Below are positions 48,308-58,273 of a stretch of DNA of 61,630 nucleotides, one piece after another. The notes beneath the pieces were generated by a model, which saw only the letters and a list, made by a program, of their open reading frames with translations, did no database searches and had not been told where the DNA came from. Position numbers and translations under genes: made by a program. The DNA comes from Deinococcales bacterium. GTDB lineage: Bacteria > Deinococcota > Deinococci > Deinococcales > JAAFIG01. The stretch spans positions 1-61,630 of the forward strand of contig JANNVX010000054.1 in the NCBI GenBank assembly GCA_031414595.1, in the 5' to 3' direction. How positions within the stretch are numbered: the stretch's first letter is position 1; the number at the start of each line of letters is the position of its first letter.

Positions 48308-48469
48308 AAACAATTGTTAATAATGTGAACCACAACTTAAAAGGCTGATTTTTGAAAACTGTTAGAAGAAGTATTGGACAAACAAAATAAAATTTGCCAA
48401 ACTGAGAGCTTAAAAAGCAAAGGGGGAAGAAGATGAATAAAAACACAGTCGGGCAAGTGAAAAATTAGT

Positions 48470-48504
48470 TGATTACGGTTTGATTACGGTACAAGAAATA
48501 GACT
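48470..48504 (+). promoter_or_regulatory. Second copy of the 11-bp direct-repeat operator plus -10 box
   Basis: TGATTACGGTT TGATTACGGTA CAAG AAA TAGACT; same spacing as 46943. Confidence 0.65.
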
Positions 48505-48609
48505 TTCTAGCGGAAAGCCAATAAGACCGCCCTCACACACTCGAGCAATGAAGCAGATTCTGTTTCATACGGCTTTGTATTGTCTCGAGATTATAAAAAA
48601 AGGAGATGT

Positions 48610-49587
48610 ATGAAAAAAGTATTTTGGAAATTCGGTTTTACCATTCTTGGTCTAGCAGGTATTTTGACAGCTTGCCCTGCGCCAACACCACAGGTTTTGA
48701 CCACCATCGCCATTGCTGGCGCACCATCCGATAACAACTTAAAAATTAGCCAAGCTACTCAATTGACCGCCACCGCTAAAGATGCAAATGGGAACGACAT
48801 TGCTGGTGTAGTCTTTAGCTGGTCTTCGAGCAACCCAGATGCAGTGGGTGTGAATTCGAGCGGTTTGGTGACGGCTACAAAATGGGGTACGGCAGTGATC
48901 TCTGCCAGTGCATCTGGTATTTCAGGTAGTACACCAACTCAAACCACATACGGCTTAGAAGCTGTTTTTGGAACAAGAACTTACAAGTCTGCCAACGAAA
49001 CAAATAGAATGTTCCGCTTTCGTTTTAAGGTCGGACAGACTGGTTTAGCAAATACTGGGCTTAACTTTGTCACCACAGGACCAACTGGTTGGAATAACAA
49101 TCAGACAACGATCACCAATGTATCGTTTGGCAGCACTCCGATCAATTCAACTCAGTCGTTCATCAGTCACTCTCCTATCCCAGTTATAAGCGGTAATTAT
49201 AAATTGTCTGTACTCACGGAAAGTGAATCTTTTGAAAGTGCTGTGTCAACCGTAGATGCTACGGCAAAATTGACACCTACAACCATCACTATTGATAGCG
49301 CTTCTGCTACCAGTGTCTCTGCCAGTTGGACACCTGTAACAGGCAGTATTTCGAGTTATGCCAGTGCCAGAAATTGCAGCGATAACACCTCAAATGTCCA
49401 GACGAATGTACTGACCAACAGCACCACCACTGCAACGCTAACGGGGTTAAGTTTAGTGGCAAACAAAAGTCCATGCTTTACTGTATTTGCATATAATTTC
49501 GATATCGGACCCCGAAATAACCCCACTTATATTTTTCCAACTCAAGCCAATGGTGCGGTAGAAGACAAGGTTATTGCGCTGCCATAG
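48610..49587 (+). CDS. Lipoprotein with Big_2 Ig-like domain
   Basis: Lipobox LTAC; QLTATAKDANG..WSSSNP..V.V...GLVTA; RBS AAGGAG. Confidence 0.85.
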   Translation: MKKVFWKFGFTILGLAGILTACPAPTPQVLTTIAIAGAPSDNNLKISQATQLTATAKDANGNDIAGVVFSWSSSNPDAVGVNSSGLVTATKWGTAVISASASGISGSTPTQTTYGLEAVFGTRTYKSANETNRMFRFRFKVGQTGLANTGLNFVTTGPTGWNNNQTTITNVSFGSTPINSTQSFISHSPIPVISGNYKLSVLTESESFESAVSTVDATAKLTPTTITIDSASATSVSASWTPVTGSISSYASARNCSDNTSNVQTNVLTNSTTTATLTGLSLVANKSPCFTVFAYNFDIGPRNNPTYIFPTQANGAVEDKVIALP

Positions 49588-49760
49588 TTCTTTGCTCCAG
49601 CCAACGTGTTGAATAAGTTTTGTTTGCCTCTATAATTTCGCCCGTCTCGAGTCGGTGCAAGCACTGGCTCGGTGGGTCAATGCTTGGTGTATCTGGGTAT
49701 TCGATAGCCAATTTGAAAAGCTCTGGTTCTGCAATTGCAGCCGCTACCAACAGGTACAAC

Positions 49761-49971
49761 GCCTCGAGACTATTTCACAAGTTAGGCGGGTTTGGTTTAG
49801 AGAACTTAGTCCCGTTCTTTGACTCGAGCTACGGCTGCGAAAAGAGTTTATTGGGTTTCTCGAGCCAGCCCCAGCGATAAAGGAGATGACAGCCAATGTA
49901 GAAGAAAAACTTTGTGCAGCACAAGTTTATGTCAATCGGCAACGGCTCGAGAATTCTTGTTTGGAGGTTTT
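49761..49971 (+). repeat. About 200-bp intergenic repeat, copy 1
   Basis: Aligns by eye with 56095-56320. Confidence 0.9.
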
Positions 49972-49988
49972 TTGTAAAGGAGAATGAA

Positions 49989-50900
49989 ATGCCTGACTAT
50001 TTTCGCGTTATTGATGGTCCAATTAACATCCGCATTGCACCAAATTTGACTACCCACAAATCGACCATTCAGCTTCGTGATGGTGATGTAATTGAAAGTT
50101 TAGGAGACACACCTGTTTCCAATGATGGATTTTTATGGATTCATCATGCGCTTGGTTGGTCTGCTGCACATACAATTGATGGCAAAAGTGTTTTCATGAA
50201 GAAAATTGATGAAACAAGCAAAGCTGAACGAGGTTTGGGGGCAACGAATCCAGTAATTGGCAATAGTATTATTTTACAGGCAGGAAAATCTATCTCTCGG
50301 ACTCAGATTTTCCATAGTCATCCTGTGGCAATAGAAGTCACAAAGTGGGTACAGTATTTTGGCAATACACAATTTGCATACAATCTGAAATTTTTTCTTA
50401 ATAGAAGAATGAATCAGCAGTATTTCTATTGTCAAGGTTTACACGGTGGACTTGATTACGGAAATGATAACGAAAACATTTCTATTTTTGCTGGTATAGG
50501 AGGCGTAGGGCAGGTTAAGGCTATTCAAAAAAATGTCGAAGTCTATAAGCCAAACAACATTCGAGTTCAGTTTGGTGATTTTACAATTATTTATGGTCAT
50601 ATTGGAAATATTCCAAATAGTTTACAGGTTGGAAGTAATGTCACTGAAAGAACAAAACTGGGCGAAATTGAGAGTACCCAGAACCATTTACATTTAGAAG
50701 TGCGTTATCAAGATAAATGGATTATCAATCCCTTACTGTTAATGAGTGAAAGTCTTTCTGGTGTATTTATCACGAAATTTAGTAGTTATGCTAGAAAGTT
50801 TTATCGTGATGAAAACTGGTCAGAATGGCAGACACCGTTTGACCAACCTGTACTTAGACTCTCTGGAAAACTTATTGGTCCTCGAGCAGAAAAAGGTTAA
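49989..50900 (+). CDS. SH3b plus M23 family metallopeptidase
   Basis: INIRIAP..(SH3b); HGGLD, YGH, HLHLEVR, INP. Confidence 0.85.
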   Translation: MPDYFRVIDGPINIRIAPNLTTHKSTIQLRDGDVIESLGDTPVSNDGFLWIHHALGWSAAHTIDGKSVFMKKIDETSKAERGLGATNPVIGNSIILQAGKSISRTQIFHSHPVAIEVTKWVQYFGNTQFAYNLKFFLNRRMNQQYFYCQGLHGGLDYGNDNENISIFAGIGGVGQVKAIQKNVEVYKPNNIRVQFGDFTIIYGHIGNIPNSLQVGSNVTERTKLGEIESTQNHLHLEVRYQDKWIINPLLLMSESLSGVFITKFSSYARKFYRDENWSEWQTPFDQPVLRLSGKLIGPRAEKG

Positions 50901-50947
50901 AAGATTCATTGCAAAAAATCCACTTCGGATTATTTTAAGGAGCTTAT

Positions 50948-51775
50948 ATGCCTGATATTTTTTCTACAAAACACGTTAATGAAACGATGAATGAAAAAGT
51001 TGCTGATGCAATTCAAATTGCAAGTCGTGACCAAATACTCCAAGCAATTCCTAGCAGAGACTCATTGCGTTATGTGAGGAATGATACCTATGCGGGTGAT
51101 ATGACAGCAATTCTTGGACGTGTATTTTTTGAAAAGGTCACAAGTAGTAAATTGATCGAGTTTTATAAGTCGGTTAGCGCTGAAGTAGACCCTAAATCAA
51201 TACTGTCTGTTCCTCAATTAAAATCCGAACTTGTCATTGATTCAAAGATAGCGGCAAGTGTAGAAGCCTTTTCTTTTTTTTCGGCTCAAACAAGCGCTAC
51301 TGATGTTTTGGAAATTCGTATCGTAGATAATGCAACAGCCCGTCTTACTGTGAAAGGCAAAGCATGGGATGATGCTATTTTAAGTTGGCTAGAACACCCT
51401 CTTACCAAAGAGTTGATAAATGACCCAAAAGTAGGAACGATTTCTATTGTCACTGGTGTGGTTCAAAAATACTTAACGTCAAAAAAGTATCAGAAATTTG
51501 ATGCCAGTGTCAAAGGCGGTGGCTGGGGTATGAATGTGCAGGGTAGCCTCTACACCAGTACATCACAATTCGAGTTTGTTGTTATTTATGGTTTAGACCT
51601 TGTTACCTTCAAACAGATGAATTCCGTTGAAGAGTTTATCGAAAAAATGGCTACTGGTCATAGCACCATTGAACCAAATCAAGTCGCTAGTTTTCATCAG
51701 AAATTTGACCTAATGGCAAAACAAAATAGGTCAATCTTTAGTTCGTTCGAGGTTATTTCGGAGTCCACCCTTTAA
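50948..51775 (+). CDS. Hypothetical protein, possibly gasdermin-like pore-forming domain
   Basis: RBS AAGGAG; motif order resembles gasdermins (see findings); fold is inference only. Confidence 0.5.
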   Translation: MPDIFSTKHVNETMNEKVADAIQIASRDQILQAIPSRDSLRYVRNDTYAGDMTAILGRVFFEKVTSSKLIEFYKSVSAEVDPKSILSVPQLKSELVIDSKIAASVEAFSFFSAQTSATDVLEIRIVDNATARLTVKGKAWDDAILSWLEHPLTKELINDPKVGTISIVTGVVQKYLTSKKYQKFDASVKGGGWGMNVQGSLYTSTSQFEFVVIYGLDLVTFKQMNSVEEFIEKMATGHSTIEPNQVASFHQKFDLMAKQNRSIFSSFEVISESTL

Positions 51776-51824
51776 CATTTCAAGTTTTGGACTGTTGTTA
51801 AACAGAGGTTTTGAAAGGAGATGT

Positions 51825-52337
51825 ATGCCAAGTACAAAGTTTGAAAAAGCGCTGTCTTTCACTTTACGATGGGAAGGTGAATATGTGAACGACCCTGATG
51901 ATCCGGGAGGAGCAACCAATAAAGGTATTACTACCAAAGTGTACATTGCTTATCGTAAGTCAAAAGGTCAACCTGTTCAGGATGTTCGACATATTTTGGA
52001 TTCTGAAGTGCGCGATATTTATAAAACAAAATATTGGGATGCAGCCAATTGTGAAAGCCTTCCTGAGCCTTCAAGTACAGTTGCTTTTGATATTGCCGTA
52101 AATTCTGGGGTTGGTCGAATTAAGCAATTTATGACAGAGCTTAGAACCAAATTGAATCCAGATCCTAGCGATGACCATATCGAAATTGCTACTCGTTTGC
52201 TCGAGATGAGAACTGCATTTTACTACCGAATTGCTAAAAATAACCCGAGTCAAAAAAAGTTTCTAAACGGTTGGTTAAATCGTACTCGAGATTTGCGGGA
52301 GTACTGCAAGCTGAGACAAAAGGTGGGCAGCAAATGA
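51825..52337 (+). CDS. GH108 lysozyme with peptidoglycan-binding C-terminus
   Basis: EGEYVNDPDDPGGATNKGIT, YW, FD.AVNSG, FLNGWLNR. Confidence 0.92.
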   Translation: MPSTKFEKALSFTLRWEGEYVNDPDDPGGATNKGITTKVYIAYRKSKGQPVQDVRHILDSEVRDIYKTKYWDAANCESLPEPSSTVAFDIAVNSGVGRIKQFMTELRTKLNPDPSDDHIEIATRLLEMRTAFYYRIAKNNPSQKKFLNGWLNRTRDLREYCKLRQKVGSK

Positions 52338-52897
52338 ACATTACCGAAACAATAGACCTTATCAGGTTAGTTGGAGAATACATCACTTTGATTGGTGCAG
52401 TCTTCGCACTGGTATTTAGCTATCGCCAGTATCAGGACGCGCAGCAATGGAAGCGCACCGAATGGGTGGCTCAGGAAATAAAGGCTATTTTTGCAGACCC
52501 AATGGTTGAAAATACCTTAAAAATGATTGATTGGGATGGGCGTGAAATTTTACTGTTCCCAAACAATCCTATACCTTCCAAGCAGTATGTTCTCGTGTCT
52601 CATGAAGATGTTAAAAAGGCTTTACGAATTCACACGTCAGAATCAACATTTACAAGGGCAGAAGCAGCTATTCGTGATTCATTTGATCGTTTTTTTGAAG
52701 GAGTAGAACGTCTTGATCATTATGTCAAAAACGAGTTGATTACTGTAAATGATGCCCAGCTATTTTTAGAATACTGGAGCGAAAAAATCATCAAAGGTGA
52801 TATGTCCTCAGAAATTGTTTTGTACATGGAAAAGTATGGCTACATGGGTTCTAAAAGGCTTTTGGATCAAATTTATAGCCACTCATCACTTCGCTAA
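52334..52897 (+). CDS. Single-TM hypothetical protein (DUF4760-like)
   Basis: ATGA overlap with lysozyme; N-terminal TM; FFE.......L pattern. Confidence 0.65.
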   Translation: MNITETIDLIRLVGEYITLIGAVFALVFSYRQYQDAQQWKRTEWVAQEIKAIFADPMVENTLKMIDWDGREILLFPNNPIPSKQYVLVSHEDVKKALRIHTSESTFTRAEAAIRDSFDRFFEGVERLDHYVKNELITVNDAQLFLEYWSEKIIKGDMSSEIVLYMEKYGYMGSKRLLDQIYSHSSLR

Positions 52898-52983
52898 ATT
52901 TTCTCGAGCTTCCCGCCCCTGCCCCGAGCCAGTGCTAACTCAAGTACCAAAGTCGCTCTTGACCAAAACCATCAGGAGGAATT

Positions 52984-55900
52984 ATGAAATTTTTTAGTCC
53001 ATTCAATACTCAAGTTTATCTGGTCGCTGCGCTTTTAATTGGCGTTCTGACAGCTTGCCCAGAGCCTTCAAAACCTCAAATCAATAAAATCAGTGTAACT
53101 TCCAACATCAAGACCGTTAATGCTGCGGGTACAGTTGAACTGTCTGTTGTTGTCGAAGGTACAGGTGGTTTTTCACCAGATGTGATCTGGAGTATTCCAA
53201 CTGGAAAAGGTGCTTTGTCTGCAACCAGTGGCTCGAGTATTACATTTACTGCCCCAAGTTTGGCAACCGCTTCGATTTCGACTATACGAGCCACGAGTGT
53301 TCAGGATTCGAGTAAATTTGGTGAAGTGACCATCAATAACAATGCAACTGTGGTGAAACCGACCATCATTAATGTTGAAGTAAAAGCAACTTTATCAACT
53401 TTAGCGGCAGCGACGGCGACAACCGTGAGTTCGGTGGTAAAGGGTGCGGGGGCATTTAGTGATGCGATTGCATGGAGTCTCGAGAGTGGACAAGGCACAC
53501 TTTCGGCAACCAGTGGCTCGAGTATTACATTTACTGCCCCAAGTTTGGCAACGGCAAATACCACAGTTATTCGAGCAACCAGTGTTCAAGACAACACAAA
53601 GTTTGGTACAGTAACAATTAATAATAAAGCCCTTGCTACAATAACCAATGTCACTGTTAGTGCTTTGCAAACAACCTTAGATGCAGGCGCAGAAACAACC
53701 TTAAATGCCGATGTTGCAGGCTCAAATGAATTTAACAATGCTGTAACGTGGAGCATTGAAAGTGGGCAAGGTATACTTTCAACTACGACTGGCTCGAGTG
53801 TTACGATTACTGCGCCGAGTCGGGCATTGGCAAACACCATCGTTGTTCGTGCAACCAGTGTGCAGGACACCACTAAATTTGCAGCAGTTACACTAAATGT
53901 CAAACCACACGATTTGGTTGCTCGTTCAGGGCGAATCAGCAGTTCATATTTGGCAACATGCGCTCTTAAAACATCAGGCGAAGCCTATTGCTGGGGGTAC
54001 AATGGTAGCGGTCTTCTTGGTACAGGGAATAGTATAGATAGTAGCGTTCCTGTTTTGGTGAGTGGTGGTCTTCGTTTTTCTATGATTGATGTTAGTGATT
54101 CCACTGTATGTGGTGTAACTACGTTAGGGTTAGCCTATTGTTGGGGGATTAGATCGTTGGGTGTCTCAAATTTGTCTTATAGCCTTGTTCCAGTATTGGT
54201 GAGCAATGACCTCATTTTCTCGAGTATTAGTGTAGGCGCATATCAAGTTTGTGGTATCACAACTTCAGGGGCTGTTTATTGCTGGGGGGGATGGTATTTG
54301 AATAACCACAACACCAAAGCTCCATTTTTGATAAGTAAAGATTATACTTTTTTGAGTGTTAGCGCAGCAGAAAGTTTCAGCAATACCGCTTGTGCAATTA
54401 CTACATTAGATGTTGCTTACTGTTGGGGTACAAATGAATATGGAGAATTTGGTAACGGGGAAATAAATACCAATACACCATATGTTCCGGTTCCAGTTGG
54501 CGGCAATTATACTTTTGCAAGCATTGAAGCTGCTGATGGCTTTACTTGTGGTATCACAACTTTGGGTAAAACGTACTGCTGGGGAAGAGTTAATCAAAAA
54601 AATACACAGGTTACATTGACTCCACTTACATTTGCCAGTAACTATACATTCAAAAGCATTGATTATAAGGCGGGACGAATGTGTGCAATTGATATTGCAT
54701 CGGACGGTTATTGCTGGGGTTATGGCAATTTAGGGGATGGTAAGTATATCGAACCTCGCCAACCTATCTTTCTAGAATACACTGAATTCCCTTCAAAAAT
54801 CAGTGGTAATCACAAATTTACTGCTCTTAATTCAAGATGCGGTATAACAACATCAAATTCAACATACTGTTGGGATAGCAATATGTATGGATCTATTGGT
54901 AACGGTTTTACGGCTTCAACGCCCTCTTATGTACCGCACAAAATACAAAGCTCCTTACAATTCTCGAGCCTAGGTACAGGTTACTTTCGCACTTGTGGAC
55001 TTGATGCTTCAGGTTCAGCTTACTGTTGGGGGCAAAATGGCAGCGCAGGATTAGGCGATAATGCTAAAACGAAAGGGAGCGCACTACCAGTTCTGGTAAG
55101 CGGTAATCACAACTTTTCAAGAATTGATGTTGGCGGAGAACACACTTGTGGCATAACAACAACTGGCTTCGCTTATTGTTGGGGCTTTAACGACGATGGA
55201 GATATAGGGGACAACACAACCATAGACCGTCTTGTACCTACATTGGTGCATGGGGGACACACGTTCACAAGTATTAGCGCAAATTATTACACTTGTGGCA
55301 TTACGACAACTGGTGCTGCTTATTGTTGGGGTCCTAGTGATTATGGGGCGCTGGGTGATGGTCTTCCAATTTCAGAGAATAGCGGCAGAGTGGTTACTGT
55401 GCCATCATTGGTTACAGGTGGTCTTACCTTCTTAAAAATTAGTGTCGGTTCATATCACACCTGTGGTATCGCCACAACTGGCTTAGTCTATTGTTGGGGA
55501 TCAAATGCTTTAGGTGCGCTTGGCAATGGCACAATAACCAACACCAGCACTCCGATTTTAATCGGCAGTAACGAGACTTTCTCGAGTATTGCCGCAGGCA
55601 GAAGAGCTACTTGTGGGCTGACAACCTCAGGAAAGGCTTATTGTTGGGGCTGGAATTGGTTGGGAACACTCGGCAGCCCGACTCAGACCGAGTATGTTCT
55701 TGTTCCTACTCCTGTTAGTGGGGATTACACATTCTCGAGCATCAGTCTCAAGGGTAGAACTGCATGTGGAATCACCACCACAGGGATTTCCTATTGTTGG
55801 GGAGAAGGTGAAAGGGGTCAACTTGGTAATGGCAACCCACGGAGTAGTAGCACACCAAAAAAAGTAAGTGGAGACCAAAACTTCACACAAATCAGTAACA

Positions 55901-56025
55901 ATGGGGACCATACCTGTGGTACCAGTACAACTGGAGCTACGTATTGTTGGGGAAATGGTGAGAGTGATCAACTTGGTGTGGTGCGAGAATATCTTGTGCC
56001 AACATTAAGTATTTTTACACCATAA
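52984..56025 (+). CDS. Lipoprotein with 3 Ig-like repeats and RCC1/BLIP-II repeats
   Basis: Lipobox LTAC; three W....G.G.LS.T.GSS.T.TAPS repeats; about 14 TCG.TT.G.AYCWG repeats. Confidence 0.9.
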   Translation: MKFFSPFNTQVYLVAALLIGVLTACPEPSKPQINKISVTSNIKTVNAAGTVELSVVVEGTGGFSPDVIWSIPTGKGALSATSGSSITFTAPSLATASISTIRATSVQDSSKFGEVTINNNATVVKPTIINVEVKATLSTLAAATATTVSSVVKGAGAFSDAIAWSLESGQGTLSATSGSSITFTAPSLATANTTVIRATSVQDNTKFGTVTINNKALATITNVTVSALQTTLDAGAETTLNADVAGSNEFNNAVTWSIESGQGILSTTTGSSVTITAPSRALANTIVVRATSVQDTTKFAAVTLNVKPHDLVARSGRISSSYLATCALKTSGEAYCWGYNGSGLLGTGNSIDSSVPVLVSGGLRFSMIDVSDSTVCGVTTLGLAYCWGIRSLGVSNLSYSLVPVLVSNDLIFSSISVGAYQVCGITTSGAVYCWGGWYLNNHNTKAPFLISKDYTFLSVSAAESFSNTACAITTLDVAYCWGTNEYGEFGNGEINTNTPYVPVPVGGNYTFASIEAADGFTCGITTLGKTYCWGRVNQKNTQVTLTPLTFASNYTFKSIDYKAGRMCAIDIASDGYCWGYGNLGDGKYIEPRQPIFLEYTEFPSKISGNHKFTALNSRCGITTSNSTYCWDSNMYGSIGNGFTASTPSYVPHKIQSSLQFSSLGTGYFRTCGLDASGSAYCWGQNGSAGLGDNAKTKGSALPVLVSGNHNFSRIDVGGEHTCGITTTGFAYCWGFNDDGDIGDNTTIDRLVPTLVHGGHTFTSISANYYTCGITTTGAAYCWGPSDYGALGDGLPISENSGRVVTVPSLVTGGLTFLKISVGSYHTCGIATTGLVYCWGSNALGALGNGTITNTSTPILIGSNETFSSIAAGRRATCGLTTSGKAYCWGWNWLGTLGSPTQTEYVLVPTPVSGDYTFSSISLKGRTACGITTTGISYCWGEGERGQLGNGNPRSSSTPKKVSGDQNFTQISNNGDHTCGTSTTGATYCWGNGESDQLGVVREYLVPTLSIFTP

Positions 56026-56094
56026 ACCTGTCCAAGCAATCTAATTCTCGAGCTAGAAATCATGCTACTAGCTACACGTGAGAATAGATTTCAA

Positions 56095-56320
56095 GACTCA
56101 AAACCATTTCATAAGTTAGGCGGATTTGGTTTAGAGAATTTAATGCCGTTCTTTGACTCGAGCTGCGGCTGCGAAATGGAATTTATTGGGTTTAATCACC
56201 TCGAGCCAGCCCCAGCGATAAAGGAGATGATGGCAATTGTAGGGGGAAAACTTTGTGCTGCACAAGTTTATATTAATCGATAAGGCTCGAGAATTCTTAT
56301 TTGAAGTACATGGAGGTTTT
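56095..56320 (+). repeat. About 200-bp intergenic repeat, copy 2
   Basis: Aligns by eye with 49761-49971. Confidence 0.9.
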
Positions 56321-56935
56321 ATGCGAATCGTTAATCATCGTTTAGAGGCAACAAAAGCAAACGAAAATATCTCTTTTCTTGCAACCCCAAATCAAGAAAA
56401 TGGAATCACACTGATTTACCTTATTATGCACTATACGGCTGGACTGACTCTTGAGGGTACAACCTCATGGTTTCAATATCCCAAAGCCAAAGCCTCGGCG
56501 CATATTGTTATTGGGCGTGATGGTCAGATTGTGCAGATGGAGGATTTCAACGACCGCGCTTGGCACGCTGGCGAAAGCAAATGGGGGCATTTGAAGGGAA
56601 TGAACGCCTATTCTATTGGCATTGAATTGGTCAATGCAGGAAAACTTAGCCAGACCTCGAGTGGAACTTGGATCAACTGGATAAAAAATGTCGTTCCAAA
56701 TGGTGATGTAACGGTTGCACGGCACAAAGACGAAACATCAGACGCAGGGTGGCACGAGTATACAAAAGAGCAAATCGAAGCTGCTTTAGAGGTTGCGAGT
56801 ACACTTCATGAAAAGTATAAATTCAAAGATGTACCAGGACATGACGATGTAAGTCCAGGTCGAAAAGTTGACCCGGGACCACTTTTTCCCATGCTGAGTT
56901 TTCGCTCTCGAGTTTTGGGACGGGATGATAGTTAA
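56321..56935 (+). CDS. N-acetylmuramoyl-L-alanine amidase (Amidase_2)
   Basis: HYT, SAH, AWHAG, SIGIELVN, GHDD, KVDPG. Confidence 0.93.
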   Translation: MRIVNHRLEATKANENISFLATPNQENGITLIYLIMHYTAGLTLEGTTSWFQYPKAKASAHIVIGRDGQIVQMEDFNDRAWHAGESKWGHLKGMNAYSIGIELVNAGKLSQTSSGTWINWIKNVVPNGDVTVARHKDETSDAGWHEYTKEQIEAALEVASTLHEKYKFKDVPGHDDVSPGRKVDPGPLFPMLSFRSRVLGRDDS

Positions 56936-56966
56936 ATACAAAGAAGCTAGCCCCTGCACAGTAGCG

Positions 56967-56988
56967 CGTAGGGTGGGCGTTGCCCACA
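56967..56988 (+). repeat. GTAG-type REP variant
   Basis: CGTAGGGTGGGCGTTGCCCACA. Confidence 0.55.
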
Positions 56989-57095
56989 CCACTACTCCCA
57001 CCAACCCAAACTAAAATCTTCCTTCTTATGGCTCGAGGCATGACATGGGGTTCGTGTCTCGAGCAGAACTCAAAGTATCTTTTAGGAGCGTACAT

Positions 57096-57989
57096 ATGAA
57101 AAAAAATTTGGCATTTGGTTTGATTCTCAGTGCAATTCTCGTTGCGTGTCCTACACCTCCTGTTGCAACCGCAAAAATTACGGTTTCGCCCAAAACCCAA
57201 ACGCTCCAAGCTGGGGCAAGTGCTGTTGCTTTTAGCGCTACACTCGAGAATTCAACTGCAACCATCAACTGGACGCTCGAGCCAGCAACAGGTAGTGGTT
57301 CGCTCAGTGCAACCACAGGCTCGAGTGTGAACTACACCCCACCAAGCACTGTTGCCAATTCTTTGAATGTTACTGTCAAAGCGACAGCCGGAAGTATTTC
57401 CGATAGTGCAACGGTAACAATCAATAAGCCCACTGCTTTAACTTCTGTAAGTGGCACGGTTCAAAATTGGGCAGCTACAGGAAATTCTGTCGGTACGGTC
57501 AAAATCTTAGCTGGTTTTGGAAATTTTATTTCGACTGATCAAATTGGCGTAGATGGAACAATCAACCAAGCTGGTCTATTCGACATTGCACTTGCAGTGC
57601 CAACCAGTAATTTACTGCGTGTATGGAATACACCAAGCGATGTTTGCCAAACAGAAACACCCGCTAATGTGACGATTACTAATCCGATTCAGTTGACTTG
57701 GGGTGCCTTATCAGCTCGGTTTGGGAGTCAACAAGCAGGGATTTTCTGGGGGAACAACAGCAACATAAGCAATGTTACTAAACAAGTGATTTTAATGTAC
57801 TCAACGGCTACTACGGCAGTTTCTGGCACTTGTGGAAGCATCGGAATTTTTTCGCTCAATCTGATTGCGGGCTGGAATTATCTCATTCAGGAATCAAATG
57901 CACAAACTATAACTTATCGTACTGGCACACTGCCTACTGATGTCAATTGGTACAGCGTTCCACCAACATCTGCGGGCGCTATGAACTGA
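57096..57989 (+). CDS. Lipoprotein with Ig-like domain
   Basis: Lipobox LVAC; GSLSATTGSSVNYTPP shared with the RCC1 lipoprotein; LIAGWN. Confidence 0.82.
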   Translation: MKKNLAFGLILSAILVACPTPPVATAKITVSPKTQTLQAGASAVAFSATLENSTATINWTLEPATGSGSLSATTGSSVNYTPPSTVANSLNVTVKATAGSISDSATVTINKPTALTSVSGTVQNWAATGNSVGTVKILAGFGNFISTDQIGVDGTINQAGLFDIALAVPTSNLLRVWNTPSDVCQTETPANVTITNPIQLTWGALSARFGSQQAGIFWGNNSNISNVTKQVILMYSTATTAVSGTCGSIGIFSLNLIAGWNYLIQESNAQTITYRTGTLPTDVNWYSVPPTSAGAMN

Positions 57990-58207
57990 TTGGGTTGTTT
58001 GGGGTGGCACTACTCTCCAACCAACCCCAAACTCGAGCTTCCCCGCCCATGCTCTAGCCAACAGCCACCTCGAGAAAAAACTCAAATTTCGGGCTGCCAA
58101 AAACGCATCTCGAACCTTGGTATGGTTCTGTTCTAGTGTACTTAGAAAGGCTGTTTGAGCTTTGAGGTGGCTAGACAAAACCGTATTAAATTCGTTACAG
58201 TGATGGC

Positions 58208-58273
58208 ATGTTCTTGGTTTTACACCCGCAGCCGTCACCATCACCTAAACGCCTCATCTCGAGCGGTGGGTGA
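58208..58273 (+). CDS. Putative Pro-rich leader peptide of proS
   Basis: MFLVLHPQPSPSPKRLISSGG*; TACAGT 6 nt before ATG; overlapping hairpin 58247-58281. Confidence 0.55.
   Translation: MFLVLHPQPSPSPKRLISSGG

Noticed and set aside
49571-49880. Small ORFs in the spacer, and 56062-56283
   Set aside because: Frames are not preserved between the repeat copies; at most decayed remnants.
53221-53560. Near-identical internal DNA repeat as a DGR template/variable pair
   Set aside because: Explained by tandem Ig-domain duplication; no reverse transcriptase or adenine-specific mismatches seen.
49989-56935. Prophage lysis module
   Set aside because: No structural, terminase, integrase or recognisable holin genes in the window.
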